Source: an uncultured Nitrososphaerota archaeon (GTDB taxonomy: Archaea; Thermoproteota; Nitrososphaeria; Nitrososphaerales; Gagatemarchaeaceae). From it: DNA of 64,000 nucleotides. Where the stretch lies: NCBI GenBank assembly GCA_963703285.1, contig OY969807.1:864001-928000 (forward strand), read 5' to 3'. The position numbers were made by a program, and so were the translations under genes. Below the pieces are notes generated by a model. That model saw only the letters and a list, made by a program, of their open reading frames with translations. It was not told where the DNA came from and ran no database searches. How positions within the stretch are numbered: position 1 is the stretch's first letter; each line of letters opens with the position of its first letter. Shown here piece after piece: positions 60,906 through 64,000 of the stretch.

Positions 60906-61523
60906 TTGCCGCGAACCGATGAGTACCTGGACGAGGTCGCCGAGATAGCAGAGAAGCTGGACAGGAGCTCGATAGACGGCGCGATCGGGATCCTGTACGA
61001 CGCCTGGAAGAACGACCGGCAGGTGTTCGTGATAGGCAACGGCGGAAGTGCCTCGACTAGTACACACTTTGCCTGCGACCTCAACAAGTGGGTTTCGGAC
61101 AAGGCAGAGAGGAAGTTCAGGGCGTTCTCTCTCGTCGACAACATTCCCCTCGTCAGCGCTCTCACGAACGACAACGGGTGGAGCGACGTCTACTACGAGC
61201 AGCTGCGCAACTTCTTCAGGAGGGGCGACGTCCTAGTCGCGATAAGCGTCCACGGCGGGTCCGGAAGCGATAAGGCGGGGCCGTGGTCCCAGAACCTCCT
61301 CAAGGCCGTAAAGTACGCCAAGGACAACGGGGGCAAGGTCATCGGGCTCTCGGGGTTTGACGGCGGCGTCCTGAAGACGGCTTCAGATGCCTGCATCGTG
61401 GTGCCAGCCGACTCGACGCCACACGTGGAAGGGATGCACCTCGTCCTTACGCACCTGATTTGCGAGCAGCTCAGGGATAAGATCTCGGTCGGCGGAGGAA
61501 GGCCAGCCACACCTGGCTACTGA
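60906..61523 (+). CDS. gmhA: SIS-domain phosphoheptose isomerase
   Basis: IGNGGSAS..SHF..D, ALTND, GFDGG, VEGMH. Confidence 0.85.
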   Translation: MPRTDEYLDEVAEIAEKLDRSSIDGAIGILYDAWKNDRQVFVIGNGGSASTSTHFACDLNKWVSDKAERKFRAFSLVDNIPLVSALTNDNGWSDVYYEQLRNFFRRGDVLVAISVHGGSGSDKAGPWSQNLLKAVKYAKDNGGKVIGLSGFDGGVLKTASDACIVVPADSTPHVEGMHLVLTHLICEQLRDKISVGGGRPATPGY

Positions 61524-61620
61524 CGCGCCCTGGACCGGTGAGTGAGGATTGAGCCCCCGAGCCCGAATTCAGCAAGTCTTATAGTCGCGGGGTTGAAACC
61601 CGGGGCAGAAGTGTCCAGAG

Positions 61621-62298
61621 TTGGTGCTGATATTCCTAGATACGGCGTCGCTCACTGAGATAGAGGAGTTCACGAGATGGGGGATCGCCGACGGCGTGAC
61701 GACGAACCAGCGAATATTCCTCAACGAGGGGGGGGTGGACTTCAAGAAGCGCGTGCTCGACATCTGCAGCCTCGTCAACGGCCCGGTCAGCGTGGAGACG
61801 ACGAAGAGCACCGTCCCGGAGCTCATCGCCGAGGGGAAGGAGTACGCCTCGTGGCACGCCAACGTGGTGGTGAAGGTCGCGATGTTCGGGGACGGGAGGG
61901 GGCTCGAGGCTGCGAACCAGCTGGCGAGATCGGGCATCAAGATCAACATGACCGTCATGATGACGTTCAACCAGCTGATGCTGGCGGCCAAGGCGGGGGC
62001 CACCTACGTCTCGCTCTTCTACAACAGGTCGAAGGAGGCCGGCGAGAACCCGGTTCAGATAATCAGGGATTACGTCTCGGCGGCCAAGGAGCAGGGCATA
62101 CCTGCGAAGCTCATCGTCGGGAGCATCCGGACGCCGGAGGACGTGGCCACAGCGATGGCTGCGGGCGCTCACGTGATGACGATTCCGTCGAAGATTCTCA
62201 AACAGATGCCCTTCAACAAGAGGAGTGAGGAGACCATAGCGGAGTTCGACAAGGCCTGGCAGGACTTCCTCGCTGCCAGAGCGGCGAAGCCTTCCTAG
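61621..62298 (+). CDS. tal: Transaldolase / fructose-6-phosphate aldolase family
   Basis: IFLDTA, GVTTN, GPVSVE, NVVVK, AGATYVS. Confidence 0.88.
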   Translation: MVLIFLDTASLTEIEEFTRWGIADGVTTNQRIFLNEGGVDFKKRVLDICSLVNGPVSVETTKSTVPELIAEGKEYASWHANVVVKVAMFGDGRGLEAANQLARSGIKINMTVMMTFNQLMLAAKAGATYVSLFYNRSKEAGENPVQIIRDYVSAAKEQGIPAKLIVGSIRTPEDVATAMAAGAHVMTIPSKILKQMPFNKRSEETIAEFDKAWQDFLAARAAKPS

Positions 62299-62359
62299 GC
62301 CCCGGCACGTCCTCGCCGCTTCTGACTTCTTAATAGGACGAGGTGGGTGCCCCGAACCG

Positions 62360-63334
62360 ATGAGGAGGGCTCTGGTCACGGGCGGGCTGGGATTCATCGG
62401 GAGCCACCTGGTCGATCGGCTACTGCTGGACGGCTGGGAGGTCGTCGTGCTCGACAACCTCCTAACCGGGCGAAGGTCCAACCTCGCCCAGCACGCGGGC
62501 GACCCGAGGCTCCTCGTCAAGGAGGGCGACATCAGGGACCTCCCGACGGTCGTCGACGCGTCGTCGGGGTGCAGCGCGGTCTTCCACCTGGCGGCGCACG
62601 CCCTGATGCGCGTCAGCGTGAGCGACCACAGGGCCGACCTCGACTACAACGTCGTTGGGACTCTGAACGTGCTGGAGGGCATGGTCGCCAACAAGGTCCC
62701 CGACCTCGTCTTCGCCTCGACCTCGGCGCTCTACGGGGAGGCCGAGGTGGTGCCGACGCCCGAAGACTACTCCGGAATACAGACGTCCCTCTATGGAGCC
62801 GCGAAGCTCGCGGGGGAGGCGTACGCTTCCGCGTTCGTCCAGCTCGCCCCGATGAGGTTCTGGGCCTTCAGGTTCGGGACGGTTCTCGGGGAGAGGTGCA
62901 GGAGGGGAGCGATCTGGGACTTCGCGCACAAGCTGCTGAAGAACCCGTCCGAACTCGAGATACTGGGCGACGGAAGGCAGAGGAAGGACTACCTCTCGGT
63001 CGGCGATTGCGTCGACGGAATCGTCCTGGGATACGAGAGAAGCTCGAAGCCCGTCAACATCTTCAACCTCGGATTGCAGGAGCAGACGACGGTGGACCAG
63101 CTGGCCGACGTCGTCATCCAGGAGATGGGGCTGACCGGCGTCAGGAAGAGGTACAGCGGGGGGAAGAGGGGGTGGATCGGCGACAACCCCGTCGTCTACC
63201 TCTCGGTGGAGCGAATCAAGGCCCTCGGGTGGCAGCCCAAGGTGTCCCCCCTCGAGGCGATCAGGCAGACCGCCAGATGGACGATCGGGGAGATCGAGGG
63301 CGAGGGCAGGGCGGCCGTGAACGAGGAGGCCTAG
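62360..63334 (+). CDS. NAD-dependent epimerase/dehydratase
   Basis: TGGLGFIG, HLAA, YGAAK. Confidence 0.92.
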   Translation: MRRALVTGGLGFIGSHLVDRLLLDGWEVVVLDNLLTGRRSNLAQHAGDPRLLVKEGDIRDLPTVVDASSGCSAVFHLAAHALMRVSVSDHRADLDYNVVGTLNVLEGMVANKVPDLVFASTSALYGEAEVVPTPEDYSGIQTSLYGAAKLAGEAYASAFVQLAPMRFWAFRFGTVLGERCRRGAIWDFAHKLLKNPSELEILGDGRQRKDYLSVGDCVDGIVLGYERSSKPVNIFNLGLQEQTTVDQLADVVIQEMGLTGVRKRYSGGKRGWIGDNPVVYLSVERIKALGWQPKVSPLEAIRQTARWTIGEIEGEGRAAVNEEA

Positions 63335-63338
63335 GCAC

Positions 63339-64000
63339 CTGAGGGTAGCGATCACCGGGGGCGCCGGATTCCTCGGGAGCAACCTCGCCAGGCGCCTGGT
63401 GGACGACGGCCACGAGGTCTCGATCGTCGACGACCTGTCTTCGGGGTCCCTCGAGAACCTGCGGGGCCTCGGGCTGAGCGGGGAATGCCGCAGGGGGGAC
63501 CTGAAGGGATACGACTTCGCGAAAGAGTCGCTGAAGGGAGCCGAGGCGGTCTTCCACCTCGCAGCCGAGGTCGGCAGCGTGGCTTACCTTCATGGTTCCG
63601 AGGCCAGCGAGCTCGCGACCCTCCAGGCCAACCTGGTCATCGATGCCAACGTTTTCAGGTCCTGCCTCGAGAATGGCGTCGCGAGCGTGCTCTACGCCTC
63701 GAGCGTCTCGGTCTACCCCTTCGACCAGCAACTCGGCTCCCACGTTCGGTTCAAGGAGGAGGACTCGGAGCGGGTCAACCCCGAGGGAGGGTATGGTTGG
63801 TCCAAGTACATCGGAGAGAAGCAGTTGGAGTTCATGTCTGGCACCTCGCGCGGGATAGCGAGGATCTTCCACGCCTACGGTCGGAACATCTACCTCAAGC
63901 CAGACAGGAGCCAGGTCATAGCCTCGCTCGTCAGGAAGGCCGTCAGGTACCCGCAGGAGGACTTCCTGGTTTGGGGGGACGGGAGCCAGAGAAGGTGCTT
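63339..64000 (+). CDS. NAD-dependent epimerase (GDP-mannose 3,5-epimerase-like), partial, CTG start
   Basis: Manual translation: LRVAITGGAGFLGS...HLAA...YGWSK; runs off the window end. Confidence 0.85.
   Translation, partial: MRVAITGGAGFLGSNLARRLVDDGHEVSIVDDLSSGSLENLRGLGLSGECRRGDLKGYDFAKESLKGAEAVFHLAAEVGSVAYLHGSEASELATLQANLVIDANVFRSCLENGVASVLYASSVSVYPFDQQLGSHVRFKEEDSERVNPEGGYGWSKYIGEKQLEFMSGTSRGIARIFHAYGRNIYLKPDRSQVIASLVRKAVRYPQEDFLVWGDGSQRRC

Noticed and set aside
1-64000. CRISPR array, rRNA operon, integrase or transposase
   Set aside because: No regularly spaced repeats, rRNA signatures or recombinase/transposase motifs were seen.

Overview
High-GC archaeal chromosome segment. aIF-2beta, Rio1/Dim2, topo VI, archaeal PEP carboxylase, a divergent FtsZ and grpE-dnaK-dnaJ are most consistent with a heterotrophic Nitrososphaerota/Thaumarchaeota lineage (inference). 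1-27.5 kb is core housekeeping: glycan genes, AmmeMemoRadiSam, trxB, a ribophorin-I-like protein, gcvPAB, FtsZ-like, a metG-ahcY-MTAP-apt salvage cluster, chaperones, and top6AB with a 552-aa LAGLIDADG intein. About 28.5-41.3 kb is a more AT-rich accessory island starting at tRNA-Asn: HNH nuclease, phoU relic, FmdE/TauE, arsR-arsC*-acr3, a second arsR, a CydA-like/Rieske/cytochrome b cluster and duplicated Ser/Thr-rich surface proteins. It is followed by pst/phoU, ppcA, pyk, tRNA-Ile2, SUI1 and a heptose/nucleotide-sugar cluster. Most notable: (1) both tRNA genes carry three introns at matching positions, and each lies next to a stand-alone endonuclease gene; (2) a cytochrome bd subunit I homologue lacking heme ligands sits with a Rieske/cyt b pair downstream of arsR; (3) a perfect 11-bp palindrome lies in the grpE promoter; (4) three genes share a single extra T (+1 frameshift); (5) two genes appear to start at CTG. 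All family assignments are by eye; no searches were run.
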